A program made the translations under genes and the position numbers. Positions 53,501 through 64,000 of a DNA stretch of 64,000 bases are shown here, one piece after another. Source of the stretch: Vicugna vicugna. Lineage: Eukaryota. The stretch covers positions 744,001 through 808,000 of the forward strand of contig MU057487.1 in NCBI GenBank assembly GCA_013265495.1, read 5' to 3'. The notes below the pieces were generated by a model. The model did not search any database. It saw only the letters and a program-made list of their open reading frames with translations, and was not told the origin of the DNA. Within the stretch, counting starts at the first letter, position 1. The number at the start of each line of letters is the position of its first letter.

Positions 53501-56500
53501 GTATTGTTGGCTGCTGTATAAAATCGCATGATTTGGGAAGCACCAGCCCTGCTCCTGTTCTGATGAGGACTGTGCCAATGGAGGGTGACACATCAGAACC
53601 TTAGATGACAGCCCATTCTGCCACCACAGCTTTCACAAGATAAGAGAGAACAGCTCAAATCCTGGCAATTACGACAGGGCAAAGAGTCACCGTCTGAGAT
53701 TTAACCCTGCTTCCCACCCCCAGTTCTGTCCTACAGCCTCAGCATTCATGGCTCAAGAAGCAGCAGTCCCTCCACTGGAGTAGGTGGTAGACACTCCAAG
53801 CATTGTGGTCACATTTCTATGAGAATGGTGGTGCATTAGCTCTTAGCCATGATTTGCACCATCCATATTTTACTGGGATGAATTGCCTTAAGCATCTAAC
53901 TGTAGCGGTTATCCTTGGAATTTTACAGAAGGTCACTTCTTTAGATGGGAGGCTAGTGATCAGGAAATCAGCCTCAGGTGAGCTGACCCTTATCTGCAAG
54001 TCCAGAGTCAGGTCTCATTTCCTCAGCTAAGTGATGACAACAAAAGGACATGATGGGTGAATCAAATTGAGAAGTATCCGATAAGTACTGCAAGGTGGAG
54101 AAGAGAAGTGTGCCTAAAGCAAAATACCATGGGAAGATCATCATTTACAATGTGAGGAGCTTGAGTCCTGGAAAAAAGGGAATCACACCAGGATGAGCCC
54201 CACATTCACCAATTTTTCCCTCAGGGACATCCATTAATTCAAGGCATGGAAACTAGATACCAAGCAGAAAGTAGTGGCCTGGAGCTTGTGTCAGTTTTTC
54301 TGGGCTGATGGGGAAGAGGATACTACTGTCTGGGGCTGCCAAAGCAGCCAGAACTCGAACCCAAATCCCAGAGGTAACTAAGAAAAATGATCTGAAAATT
54401 TTGCATACAATTTTATTTTGAGACATTTGCCTGCCTCCTAAACATTGTCTGTAAAGCTTTTGCTGCTGAGTAAATGAGTAAAAAGCAGCAGCTTGGAAGC
54501 TAAATCAATGAGAAAAGATTTCATGATGCTAGGGCAAGAGACCAGAATTCAGCATATACAGAGTAAAGGAACACTGATTAGTACCCCAGCCTTTCAGTGA
54601 GCACCCCAATATGGCTAGAGCATTCTATATGAAGGATGAACCAACATTACACCAGCGCTGCCAAATCCTAGGACCCAGTGTTGACTAGGTCGAATTCATC
54701 TGGCACTCTGCCTGTGAGAAAGGAATAAAGACATTATTCAGAGCCTGTATAAATTTTTATATCCAGCATGTATCACACAATCACGATTGATGAGACACGA
54801 AGAGAAACAGAACCAAGTGACTGAACAGCAAGAGGAAAAATCAGGTAATAGAAACAAATCCACAGGGCGCTCTTTTGGAATTGCCAGCTAGGGGACTTTA
54901 AAATAACTATATTAATACTTGCAGGGAAAAAACAATGTGAGGGAACCCCAGAAGTCTATTAAAGCTCCTGGAAAGCTCAGTTTATTTTTTAAGGATTCAT
55001 TCTTTAATCATTTTGACTAGGTGTTGGGGTTGCCTTTGTCTTCATTTAAATTATTCTAGTATCTTAAAAGTGACAGTAAACCACATGCTCCAGATATACA
55101 TAGACACATTATGTTTAAAGTTCAGGCAATGCCCTCAAATACAACATATTTCTCAAGCCACACTAGCACTAGGATAAACATGTAATTACAATGAAAATCA
55201 CAAAACGGTATTTATTTGCCCCTTTCCCCATGAAGGTGAAATTTACTTGTTTTTTCCCATATAGATAGTTTATGTTCCTCTAGCATTTTGTTTGTACTCC
55301 TAGAAATGTTTGTGTTATTTCTTGTAAAGCTCCCCATTCCCCTACCATCTTATGAGCTATAAGAACTTTTACATAGCAGCTCCCTGAAGTCTTTCTAACT
55401 TACTAGATTGCTTGGTTTTGGACGTCATTCTTTCTCTAGAACTCACTGACCCATAGTTAGGGCTCAGAAATTAATAAATTGCATTCTTGAGCATTCATCC
55501 CAGAGAAATGGAAAGTTATGTTCACACAAAAACCCGTTACCTGTACACAAATGTTCATAGCAACTTTATTAGTAGTGGACCCAAAATGGAAACATCCCAG
55601 ATGTCCCTCAATGGGCAGATGGTAAACAAGCAAATATCCGTATCATGAAATATTACTCAGCAATAAACAGCAAACTATTGATACATGCAACAGCTTGAAT
55701 GGATTGAATCTCCAGGGAATTAGGCAGAGAGAAAAAAAAAGAATCCAGAGGGTTACAGACTATATGATTCTGTTCACATAGCATTACTGAAATGACAAAA
55801 TTATAGCAATTGAGTCTAGATTAACAATTGCCAAGTGGTAGGAATTAAGCACAGAGTGAGGAGGCGGAGGGTGGGTGTGGCTATAAAAGAGTATAAGAAG
55901 GCTCCTTGTGCTGATGGAACTGTTCAGTATCTTGACTGTGTCATTGTCACTATCCGAGTGGCATTCTATAGTTTTGCAAGATGTTACCTCTAGAGAAATG
56001 GGGTAGAGAACACAGAAACTCCCTGTATTATTTCATACAAGGCCTTCTGAATCATTACGTCAAAATAACAAATGCAATTAAAACAATTAATAGATGAATG
56101 TCAGATCAAAGGTAAAGATTTCATTTACGTATAATCCTCTTTATGATTCTAACAGTTGAAAAGTAAGTAAATACTTCTCAATCTTCCCTACTCAGGTTAA
56201 AAAAAAAACAAAACAACATTTCCAGTGGAGAATGTGGCCATATTTGGCCCATCCAGACTTGCTCCCCAGCACACCTAATTCACATTCCAAAGCAGCTCAG
56301 GCCTGTTTGGACTGCTTCCTCTGCTATCAAAATGCTACTCAACAATCAAGGTTTTGTTAATTAAATATAGTAGTTTTAATTTCAGTATTCAAGTATTCTG
56401 TGAACTAGCTCTGAGAACAAATGCACAAATTGCTCTATAAATGCTTTTTTATTGATCAAATCAATGCACTTATTCATTTTTATTAGAATAGAATTGGTTT

Positions 56501-59500
56501 TACTTTCAATAAAACTTTTGGAGAAAAGGCCTAATACATTTTTTTATATAGCATTTTTTTGAAGACCCTGAAGGAAAGATTGAATTGCCGCCATCATTGA
56601 AAATTTATTCCTGGAAACGTCCACAGGATTTTTTAATTAATCGGGTAAGAAATATTTTTACTCTTAAACAAAACATGTGTTAACTATGAGAGGCGGTATC
56701 CTAGTTATGAAAATTTGCATTTTAAAGACAATTTAGGGTAATTTTTTCCTGTACTATTTAGTAAGAAAAAGTAATTACTTTTGGGCATTTAAATTGTAAA
56801 TAAATGTTTATCAATATAGTTTGTACTGGTTTCCAAGAGGATATTGAAATTTTCTTGTGCTGGTTTCTTACACTGGTTTTCAAGCAACTATAGAAATTTT
56901 GTTTAGAGCCTCAAGTTTTTGTCTTCCCTTCATGATGTCGAATTATAACCTAAAATACTGCAAACAGTGACTCCATAATTTCTGACAGACTTTCTCCTGT
57001 TTCTTACCAGGAACTCACATGGTGTTAGGGTCTGTTGACTCTGGTGTTTATTAGCATTAATTTTCCAGCCCAAGAGGTTTGCACGTGGGCCTGTCTATTC
57101 TAGGAATTCCTGAAGCATTTCCCAAGGGCCACTTTCATTTCTGAACCCCATTGAATCATATTCACATGGACATCACCCCGAGAAAGCTTCATTTTAAATA
57201 GCACTTATGCACATTAAAACTTCAGACCCACTGGCCTATCTTTCTAATTAATAGCCTTGTTACTTTGAATATATTTAGTATTTCCAAGGGGTTAACCATC
57301 ACTAATGCCTCTTTTCCCTTCTTGAGTCTCTTATTTTCATTTGCATGGAAAAACCAATAGATTAAATTTGTTATTTAGTACAAGTCAAAAAGTTGTAATG
57401 CAGCTGATTCTTCTGTACATTATGTAATCCACTGCACCTGTCTCGATGCAAAGTGATTTTATTCCTAAGAGTTTCAGCTTTTATAAGAACTACTGCTAAT
57501 GCAGAAAATACAATTTATCCATCATTTTCCAATTACTGTTACTAGTTGAGAAAGTCAGAAATTCTAAATCTCAAATATTTATTAAAATAAGAAAATAAGT
57601 AGGTACATCTTTGTCCATCAGAATATTTATTCAATGCCTACTTGTAAGACGTTTTAAATAAAAGAAATTACATATGCATGAAGCATGCCTTTAAATTAAT
57701 TACTTATGTTAGGTAATACTGAAATGAAGAATGTAAATTCTGTAGTGTTAATATAAAGCACTTAATATTTATGTATTATTAATACTCAGGCTCAACTCAA
57801 TATAGGTACAGAGTTTACATTCCACTCAAATGAAGGATATGAATTCCACGAAGTGAGAGTGTTGTAAATTTGAATAAGTAGAAAAGTTTTATAACTTTTC
57901 CTCTTTTTAGCATACCTGAGTTCTGAGAGAGACATTTGTACTGAAAATAAACTGACTTATTGATGCTGATGACCCTTCCACCTGTATGTATGGAAATGCA
58001 TCTGTTTCCGTACCTCTACTCTCCCTCTGCACTCACTCCTTCTCCTGATCCATCACACAGCAGTATGGACCAGAACAGCTGGAACTGAAAGTCAAGCGAA
58101 TCAAGAAAGTTTTAAAGTAGCGCTTGTCAAGTTTTAATGTCTAAGTCCACAGTGATAAATGCATTTCACATTGAGACTCATTAAATATGGACCTATGTAA
58201 AGTCCAGACAAAATATTGCAAAATGGTAATGACATTTCCTTAGGAAATTTACTCAGTTCTGTTATATTCCATATATATGTACTGCTGACACATTTTATAG
58301 ATATATATACATGTGTATATAGTTCTGACCCATTAAATGATTTCATGAATCACTAAATAATTACAACCCACAATTTAAAAACCACTAGAAACTTACTCCA
58401 GAACACTAAGCAAAGTATGAAATCAAAGGACATGATTTAAGTCAGAGAGATGCTAAGTTATTAAAAAGCTTAAAAGACTGAATTTATGATAGAGTCAACA
58501 GGGATCATTCCAACCAAGGAGATTAACAAGCCCTGATCTTAGAGTGAGTAATCAGATCTGTTCATTTCTGAGAACCAGATATGGGTGGCCCAGGTCCCTG
58601 AATGTTGACTATATTAAACAGATGTAAGATGTCTAACAATTTACCTTCCCTGAGGTGCAGGTGTAGGGGACAGAGATGCCAAAATACCATTGTAGAGACC
58701 TCTGTCTTAATATTTGTTGTCTTTTACGAACTGTCATTGTCTCCTTTTCATTTGTCAGTGGGTGACTATTAAGTCTAACCCTTCAAACCTTAGATATCTA
58801 ATCCTTACGTAATCTGTGATTAATCAATTTTAATGCATTTGGTACTTGCTGAAAGGGATAAGCACTTTAGAAGTGTTACCGTACAGTCAGACAAGCCAGA
58901 ATACTACATACATGTATACATATATATTTATAAACATTAAGTTATATATATGTAACTTTTATAAGTTATATAAATTATGTTGATGAATTATGAACATGAG
59001 TCAGTTCAGACTTCCAAGGTAATTTTAGGTAACTTTTTCTCAGACATACAAAAATATTTTACTGAACTTTCAAGATGCTAATTATACAAGTGATTGAGAG
59101 TAACTGATGGCATCAGTTTCTATAAAAATCTATTTCACTAATCAAAACCATTTTCATGTTAATTTGACATGTTAAGTATATAAGATTGATATTAATTGTA
59201 ACAAATTTTTAGAACTGTTACAAGTCATGTTTTTCCCTATTATGTTTATTCCTTACTAAATACATAAAAGCAACTTTTAAATATATGCCAATTGAATAAT
59301 GGCCACCGAATTAACTTTAAAATGCATAACAAGATTTAAAGTTGAGCAAGATTTTTGAAAGCTGTCACAGCTAATAGTTTTCATCCAAGATGAAGATATT
59401 TTTCTAGCTACCAGATGTTAACGAAGCTTCAGGTTTAACGTGAGTGGTTAACTTAAATTTCAAATCAAGTTTTAAACATAATTTGTGCATGCTTGCTAAG

Positions 59501-61352
59501 TTTAGCTGCATATGTTATATCTTAAAACATTTTATTTGTATGTTAAAACACTATATTTTATAGGCGTTACATTATTAAATTAATGTAACCCACCCATTAT
59601 CTCTAACAGGGTTATCTTATGGAATAAAGTGCTTAGCTTTTATTTCTTCTAATTCCTCTGGTTGCAGGAAATCAAATCAAGCTCGGCCTGCTTACAGCAC
59701 ATAAACTATTTTATTAAGCTACATTTTGTTTATTTTTCCTAAGAAGTAATATCTCTTTATATATATATATATATATTTTAAAATTTCAGGCTCCAGTGGT
59801 TGTGAAAAATGAAATCCTGTTTGACTTGTTTTCAGCAAACGAGCACTTGATCTGCAGTGAGGTAGGTAGGAGCGTATGAACCAAAGAAAAGCCTCATTGC
59901 AGAGTGCCTTCCGGACCTGCTCAAACCACTGTCAGTCATCAGTTTCAGTTCTCCCTTGCTCACCTTCAAGTTGTGGTATAACTGAGTATTTCCTATTCCA
60001 GACATTCAAAGAGGAAGAGAAGCCTCTTTAATTGAGCCTAGCGAGAGAATGGATGGGGGAAGGTTAATATTAGCACTGCGTGTGTCCCTGTTCTGCCCAG
60101 GGACCCAGGGGAGCTGGGTTCTCACCATCTGAGCATTTCTCCTCTGGATCCCTGTGCCTAGCAATTGGCATAAAGTTGTTTCCAGTTTTGCCCCACATCG
60201 TGTCCAAGAGCAGTGTGTTCGGTGTTGTTTGTCTTGCTGACGTTGGGAAATCATGGGGTGAGGTTCAACTGCAACACCTCACCTAAACAAGCCAGATTTT
60301 CAGCACGACAGTCTTACTGCCTGTGGGAACACTCCACCCGTGTCTCCACCCTGGGTTTCATCTGTCAGAGGCAGACCTGTTCCACTCCCTCAAGGTAGTT
60401 ACATCAGAAACAGAGGCTTTTTGATGATTTTCTCTTAAGACCCAGCCAGAAGAGTAGGCATAGTCATTATTGATTCAAATATTTCGTCTTTCTTATTTTT
60501 AAAATCTTGACCAATATTAAAATAAAAATATTTCTTCTACCAAGTTGTACTGATTAGTATAAAATTATCTCTGAATTGTGTTTTTTTAATTGAAGTATAA
60601 ATGATTTACAATGTTGTGTTAGTTTCAGGTGTACAGCAAGGTGATTCAATTATACATATACATATATATATATACACACCCTTTCAGATTCTTATTCCAT
60701 TATAAGATATTAAATATAGTTCCCTATGCTCTACAGTAGGCCCTTGAATTGTTTTATATTTTATAATTTAGTCTAAAATGTGCTTATTTTATGAATTCTA
60801 AACATACATAGACTTCAGTGTATGGTTTTTCAAGACAAGTATAAAATATTCTGTAGTAAAATTTCCAGGTGTACAATAGGACATATGATTTGCCTTTTTC
60901 AGCTTAACCAAACTTTAAGAAATTTCCTAGACAATGCAAATTAAGGAAAGTATAAATCTTACAATGATAGTTTCACGTATTTAATCTCCTTACAAACCAC
61001 ACAGCAACACAAACTCCAAAATTCACCTCTGCACTGTGTCTTGCTGCCTGTTAAAAACCCTGCAAGTGGGAGTTTTACTTGGAGCACTTCTGCATCTGCA
61101 GATCAACACATAAATAAGAATCTTAGAGTGTACGTAAGTGTTTGTGTGTAATTTTAATTCTTTCTCGTGTCTCATTTATTGTCTGAAAGATCTTGTTGAC
61201 AGAAAAGGATCACTTCCTTCTCAAAACTTCTCAGCGTTTACAGAAGAGTAGCTCGGTCTTTTATAAAAAGTTAATAGCAAAATAAAATCACCATTGCTCT
61301 CCGAAGCTTTCAGTCTCCCTCTCTCCCCTCTCCTCTCTCTTTTTGTCACACA

Positions 61353-61383
<31 letters not shown>

Positions 61384-61860
61384 CCCCAAAAGGGAGGTCA
61401 GTGTCAAATTACTGACAGCTCCGGAAGACAGCTTTTAGCTAAGAATTTATAGCTTGTTTGGTGGCTGTATTTCCTGAAAACAAAAGCAAGCTCTATAACT
61501 TTATTCTGTGAGTCAAAAAATCAAAATGCGGAATACACTCCATATCAAATGTAATATTACTACTGGAAGTAGATTTTCAGCTATTCACCCCCTCCAAATT
61601 ACAGTGCCAATAACTGAAAAATAATCAACACTACTGGTTTTCATCTTTAGCTGATGAGATGGATTATCAGTGAAATCTATGCCGTGTGGAAGATCTTCAA
61701 CAGGGGTGCTTTGAACAATTATTTCAAAAGGACATCAGGGGAGCCTCCTCTTCTGACCTGGAAGCCCTGGGAACACATTTACTCCCTGTGCAAGGCTGTG
61801 AAAGGTCACATGCCCTTGTTCAACAGCTATGGGAAGTATGTTGTGAAACTTTACTGGATG
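32498..61860 (+). CDS. ADGB: Androglobin (calpain-like/globin chimeric protein), 5' partial: join(32498..32571,51922..52078,56552..56644,59790..59861,61651..61860); continues past the window end
   Basis: Five exons with GT-AG boundaries and consistent phases (2,0,0,0) splice into an open 202-codon frame: [202 protein letters not shown]. This matches the human ADGB N-terminus as I recall it. Confidence 0.97.
34365..34900 (-). mobile_element. L2 fragments in ADGB intron 1
   Basis: ctatttaatgagcacttctcacgcgcaagtcactg, ttataatctagcagagg, ggctggagcagagggg. Confidence 0.55.
38085..38740 (-). mobile_element. L1 3'UTR fragment
   Basis: gagatataattgacagacagcact...gtgatgagaacttttaggatttactct...gaagtttgtaccttttgaccaccttc, followed by a second related 3'UTR unit. 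Confidence 0.8.
39735..42630 (-). mobile_element. Old L1 (3'UTR, ORF2 and ORF1 remnants, internally deleted)
   Basis: ggtttattgatataaatttgacatacagtaaa tail; ccagtgaagccatttgggcctggagttttct ORF2; T-rich ORF1 antisense. Confidence 0.8.
42735..44292 (+). mobile_element. L1 ORF2 fragment embedded in the older antisense L1
   Basis: [25 protein letters not shown] (track ORF 43023..43211), atgatcatctcaattgatgcagaaaaagcctttgacaaa, aatctacagattcaatgcaat. Confidence 0.9.
45150..45590 (+). mobile_element. L2 3' fragment
   Basis: ccctcaagacagctcagat...caggaagtttctcct...gagcaggtgttcaataaatgt. Confidence 0.7.
45815..46173 (+). mobile_element. MaLR solo LTR (MLT1A-like) with intact 5-bp TSD
   Basis: TG...CA termini, catgaatgggattagtgcccttataagaag, gcagcccaaactgactaagaca; TSD atcct at 45810-45814 and 46174-46178. 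Confidence 0.9.
46430..47380 (-). mobile_element. Ancient L1/HAL1 ORF1-like remnant
   Basis: Track ORF 46729..46947 ([16 protein letters not shown]...EKAHQV) resembles L1 ORF1p. Confidence 0.55.
48140..48470 (-). mobile_element. L1 3' end
   Basis: ttgagatgtaattgacatataac...tttaagatctactctcttagcaact...cctctggcaaccac. Confidence 0.8.
50610..51050 (-). mobile_element. MaLR LTR (MLT1J-like)
   Basis: aacccccaaatctcagggacctcacacaacaaagg...ggattggtgagcatctgg. Confidence 0.6.
51115..51410 (-). mobile_element. L2 fragment
   Basis: ccaggcactgttccag...gttcctgccgctctggaacttaca...agggtgctcaggaaagtccct. Confidence 0.7.
51922..52078 (+). CDS. ADGB: ADGB exon 2 (157 nt; (D)[52 protein letters not shown])
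   Basis: Acceptor cctccctcgctctgtctccag|T and donor CTT|gtaagt; lies inside track ORF 51887..52102; completes the phase-2 Asp codon from exon 1. Confidence 0.95.
55480..56085 (+). mobile_element. L1MC-like 3' end in ADGB intron 2
   Basis: cattcatcccagagaaatggaaagttatgttcacacaaaaacc...gatggaactgttcagtatcttgactgt. Confidence 0.8.
56552..56644 (+). CDS. ADGB: ADGB exon 3 (93 nt; [31 protein letters not shown])
   Basis: Acceptor ctaatacatttttttatatag|CAT and donor CGG|gtaaga; the FEDP...WKRP pattern resembles the start of calpain protease domains. Confidence 0.96.
58118..58387. mobile_element. Possible hAT-Charlie DNA-transposon relic
   Basis: Degenerate termini tagcgcttgtcaag ... caacccacaatttaaaaaccacta. 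Confidence 0.35.
59758..59776 (+). repeat. (TA)9 microsatellite within the exon 4 acceptor region
   Basis: Read directly; ends 14 nt upstream of the first base of exon 4. Confidence 0.95.
59790..59861 (+). CDS. ADGB: ADGB exon 4 (72 nt; [24 protein letters not shown])
   Basis: Acceptor tttcag|GCT and donor GAG|gtaggt; phase 0-0; bridges exons 3 and 5 as in the recalled human protein ([24 protein letters not shown]). Confidence 0.94.
60580..60744 (-). mobile_element. Very short L1 3' end in ADGB intron 4
   Basis: ttttttaattgaagtataaatgatttacaatgttgtgttagtttcaggtgtacagc; TSD tgaattgt (60572-60579, 60745-60752). Confidence 0.8.
61347..61383 (+). repeat. (CA)n microsatellite, one interruption
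   Basis: Read directly; preceded by a CT-rich tract. Confidence 0.95.
61651..61860 (+). CDS. ADGB: ADGB exon 5 (210 nt; [16 protein letters not shown]...[10 protein letters not shown])
   Basis: Acceptor ggttttcatctttag|CTG and donor ATG|gtaagt; overlaps track ORF 61654..61908; GKYVVKLYW is a calpain-type motif. Confidence 0.97.
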
Positions 61861-62485
61861 GTAAGTTTGTGTTCACATGCATTAAAATTTGTGTGTCTTT
61901 CATACTGAAGTATCTTTGCCTTACTGGCTGTTAAGGAGACTAATAGAAGATGAGGCAGTTTAGGAAGGATACCAACTGTGTGCCTACTGGGAGGGGGCAA
62001 TGTCCTGTATTTGCAATTTGAGTTTAAAAAGAACACAGTGACACCAGTCCCATGTGCTTTTTAAACTGGTGCCACCGGGACCACGGAGAGGTGACCCTCT
62101 GCTGCCTCTGCCCTCCCAGGGGTGCAGTCTGGGCGGGCAGGTGGGTGCACAGGGCTCTCCCCTCTCCAATGTGGTACCAGGGTCGTGAGCCGGAGAGAGT
62201 GCCCGTCCCTGAGCCTTGTCCGGTCCTCTCTTGGTATTTGCTGCGCCCAGTGGCCCTGATCCATCCATGTTTTTCTCTCCTCAACTTGAGGTTTATTTTC
62301 ATATCACCAATTCTCACTCTGACACAGAAAGATTTTACCTCTGCCTGAAAGGAACCAAATGGGATAGTCGGAAGCACAAATAGAGAATTAAAAACCCCTT
62401 AATTAATATGCCAAAGTCGACTCACGCCGCATTTAGCAATGCTAGATTATATTAAGCACCTTTGGGTTTTTAATGGTGAAATGAA

Positions 62486-62640
62486 CACCCAGCTACATGA
62501 TTTGCAGAGCCTCCTGTTCAAAAATTGTTAAGAATTTCAAGACGGTGATATCAACACTTTAAACAAAGAATGGGGTCCTTCTGAGTATGGGGTTCCACGT
62601 GACAGTGCAGGTCACCATGTACCCATGAGGCTGGTCCTTG
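62486..62640 (-). mobile_element. MER45A-like hAT-Tip100 MITE
   Basis: tgttcaaaaattgttaagaatttcaagacgg...ccttctgag...cccatgaggctggtcct matches the recalled MER45 antisense. Confidence 0.7.
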
Positions 62641-63084
62641 TCACTGAGAGAGAATGTTCTTGAACATGTTAAGGAGTGGGGAAGGTTAATCAAAGTGCTT
62701 TATATGTCTAAGAACATGACTTTTTCCTTAATGAGCTGGAGCCATCTCTCTTTCTGGGATGGGGAATGTTGTAAGGTCAATACTTAGGAATTAATAGAAT
62801 TGTGGTGAGGTGGTATGGAAGGTCATCTTAGTCGCTGATATCCGAACTAGGAATTTGGAGGGGTTTTTTTAATATTCACAGCAAGACCTTGAAAGTCAAA
62901 ATGCTGTTAGAGAAAATAACTTCCTAAATTCCTTCTTTGTTTACCAATCGGGAGGGAGGTTTGGCAGAGTAGACTTGACAGTATGAAATGTGTGCAGAGA
63001 AAGGAGAGAGAGGATAAGGCATTAAGAAAGTGGATACACAGAGGATAATGTAGGATTACAGGAAGAGAGCAAACACGGGAAGGG

Positions 63085-63206
63085 TGAGGGGGCCAGATGC
63101 CCAGGTATTGGGCCCCACTTCTGCACATTTGCCAGAACTTGAGGTGGGATGGAGTTCAAAATTATTAAGAATTTCAAAACAGCATCAGTGGAACATTAAA
63201 CCAACC
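63085..63206 (-). mobile_element. Second MER45-family fragment
   Basis: gttcaaaattattaagaatttcaaaacagc...cattaaaccaa, similar to 62515-62566. Confidence 0.55.
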
Positions 63207-64000
63207 TTGTTAATTTCTCTCTCTCTGTTTCCTGACATCCTTCCTTCTTTTCTAATTTCCTTCTTGATAGGGGTCAATGTTTATTAACACTATATTCCAT
63301 TTTGCAAAGAAAATGTGATTTATATCTCTTTAACTATACTGATTCCTCAGCAGCTTAAACCAACTTGAATTCAGAAAATTTTTTTTAAATGTATTAGTCC
63401 AACTTGGATATCGCACTCTGATCCAGTCTTTTTTAACCTGTCTCTCTAGACAGTGTAGACCTTGAGTGAAGAGGTCTAGGAGTCAGGAAGACTGAACCTC
63501 ACGTCCCGTGGCTTCTTCTGCTTCCTCATTAGTCTCACCTGAGGAATGGTGTGTGGGGGGATGCTGACAGACTGCTGAGCACTGAGATGCAGCTGGTTCC
63601 ATACGAAATACTTTGCAAGCAATTTGCTGGCACTCATCGCTGAAGTTCACGGTCAAATTCATGCTCACTGAGATGTGACAGATAGCTCTGCTGGCCCCCA
63701 GCATTCCTAGATCCGCTTGGAGGGTTGCATGGGCCCCTGAGGGTCGCTTCCATGCAAATGCAAGGAGACCACATCCTTCAAGATGACAGGCATGTAATAT
63801 GTCATGGAACAAATACAGGGAATGATAAAATGTGATAATTATGTAAAAGAGCCTAGCAAAGGTCCTGACAAATAGTAGATTCTCAGCACCATCAGCTTCC
63901 TTCCCTCTTTTCGTGAATTCTTTCCTTCCTTCTCTCTTTCCCTGCTGCTGCCTCCTATTGTGGAAGCCAAAGGGATGGATCGTTCCTCCTCCTGGCCCTT

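Noticed and set aside
53760..53780. CTCF-like motif (reverse strand ccagtggagggactg)
   Set aside because: It has several mismatches at core positions and cannot be supported without a PWM scan.
58900..58985. AT-rich quasi-palindromes
   Set aside because: Low-complexity TA-rich sequence is self-complementary by composition.
1..64000. Prokaryote-type systems (CRISPR arrays, operons, defence islands, IS elements)
   Set aside because: The sequence is mammalian: a spliced gene, LINE/SINE/LTR relics and CpG depletion. There are no repeat-spacer arrays and no long ORFs.

Overview
This is mammalian genomic DNA, not prokaryotic. It is probably from a camelid (alpaca/llama/camel), judging by two tRNA-derived Vic-1-type SINEs and the absence of recognisable Alu, B1/B2, Bov-tA/CHR, PRE-1 or Can SINEs. 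The one real gene is the 5' part of androglobin (ADGB) on the + strand. It has a CpG-island promoter with RFX X-box motifs at about 32.2-32.5 kb and five coding exons (32498-32571, 51922-52078, 56552-56644, 59790-59861, 61651-61860). All introns are GT-AG, and the exons splice in frame into 606 nt / 202 codons ([25 protein letters not shown]...[10 protein letters not shown]), covering the N-terminus and the start of the calpain-like domain. The gene continues beyond the window. The rest is intergenic and intronic DNA dominated by decayed L1, L2, MIR, MaLR/ERVL LTRs and small DNA-transposon relics. Almost all ORFs in the supplied track are repeat-derived or chance. I found no convincing undescribed biological system. 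The best leads are modest: a (TA)n microsatellite in the acceptor of the in-frame ADGB exon 4 that carries the putative calpain-type Cys; an internal L1 fragment with a perfect 14-bp TSD but no 3' end or poly(A); a scrambled, alternating-orientation L1 mosaic; an inverted SINE pair; and candidate ciliary RFX/FOX regulatory motifs. Repeat subfamily names and human-ADGB comparisons are from memory, not from database searches.
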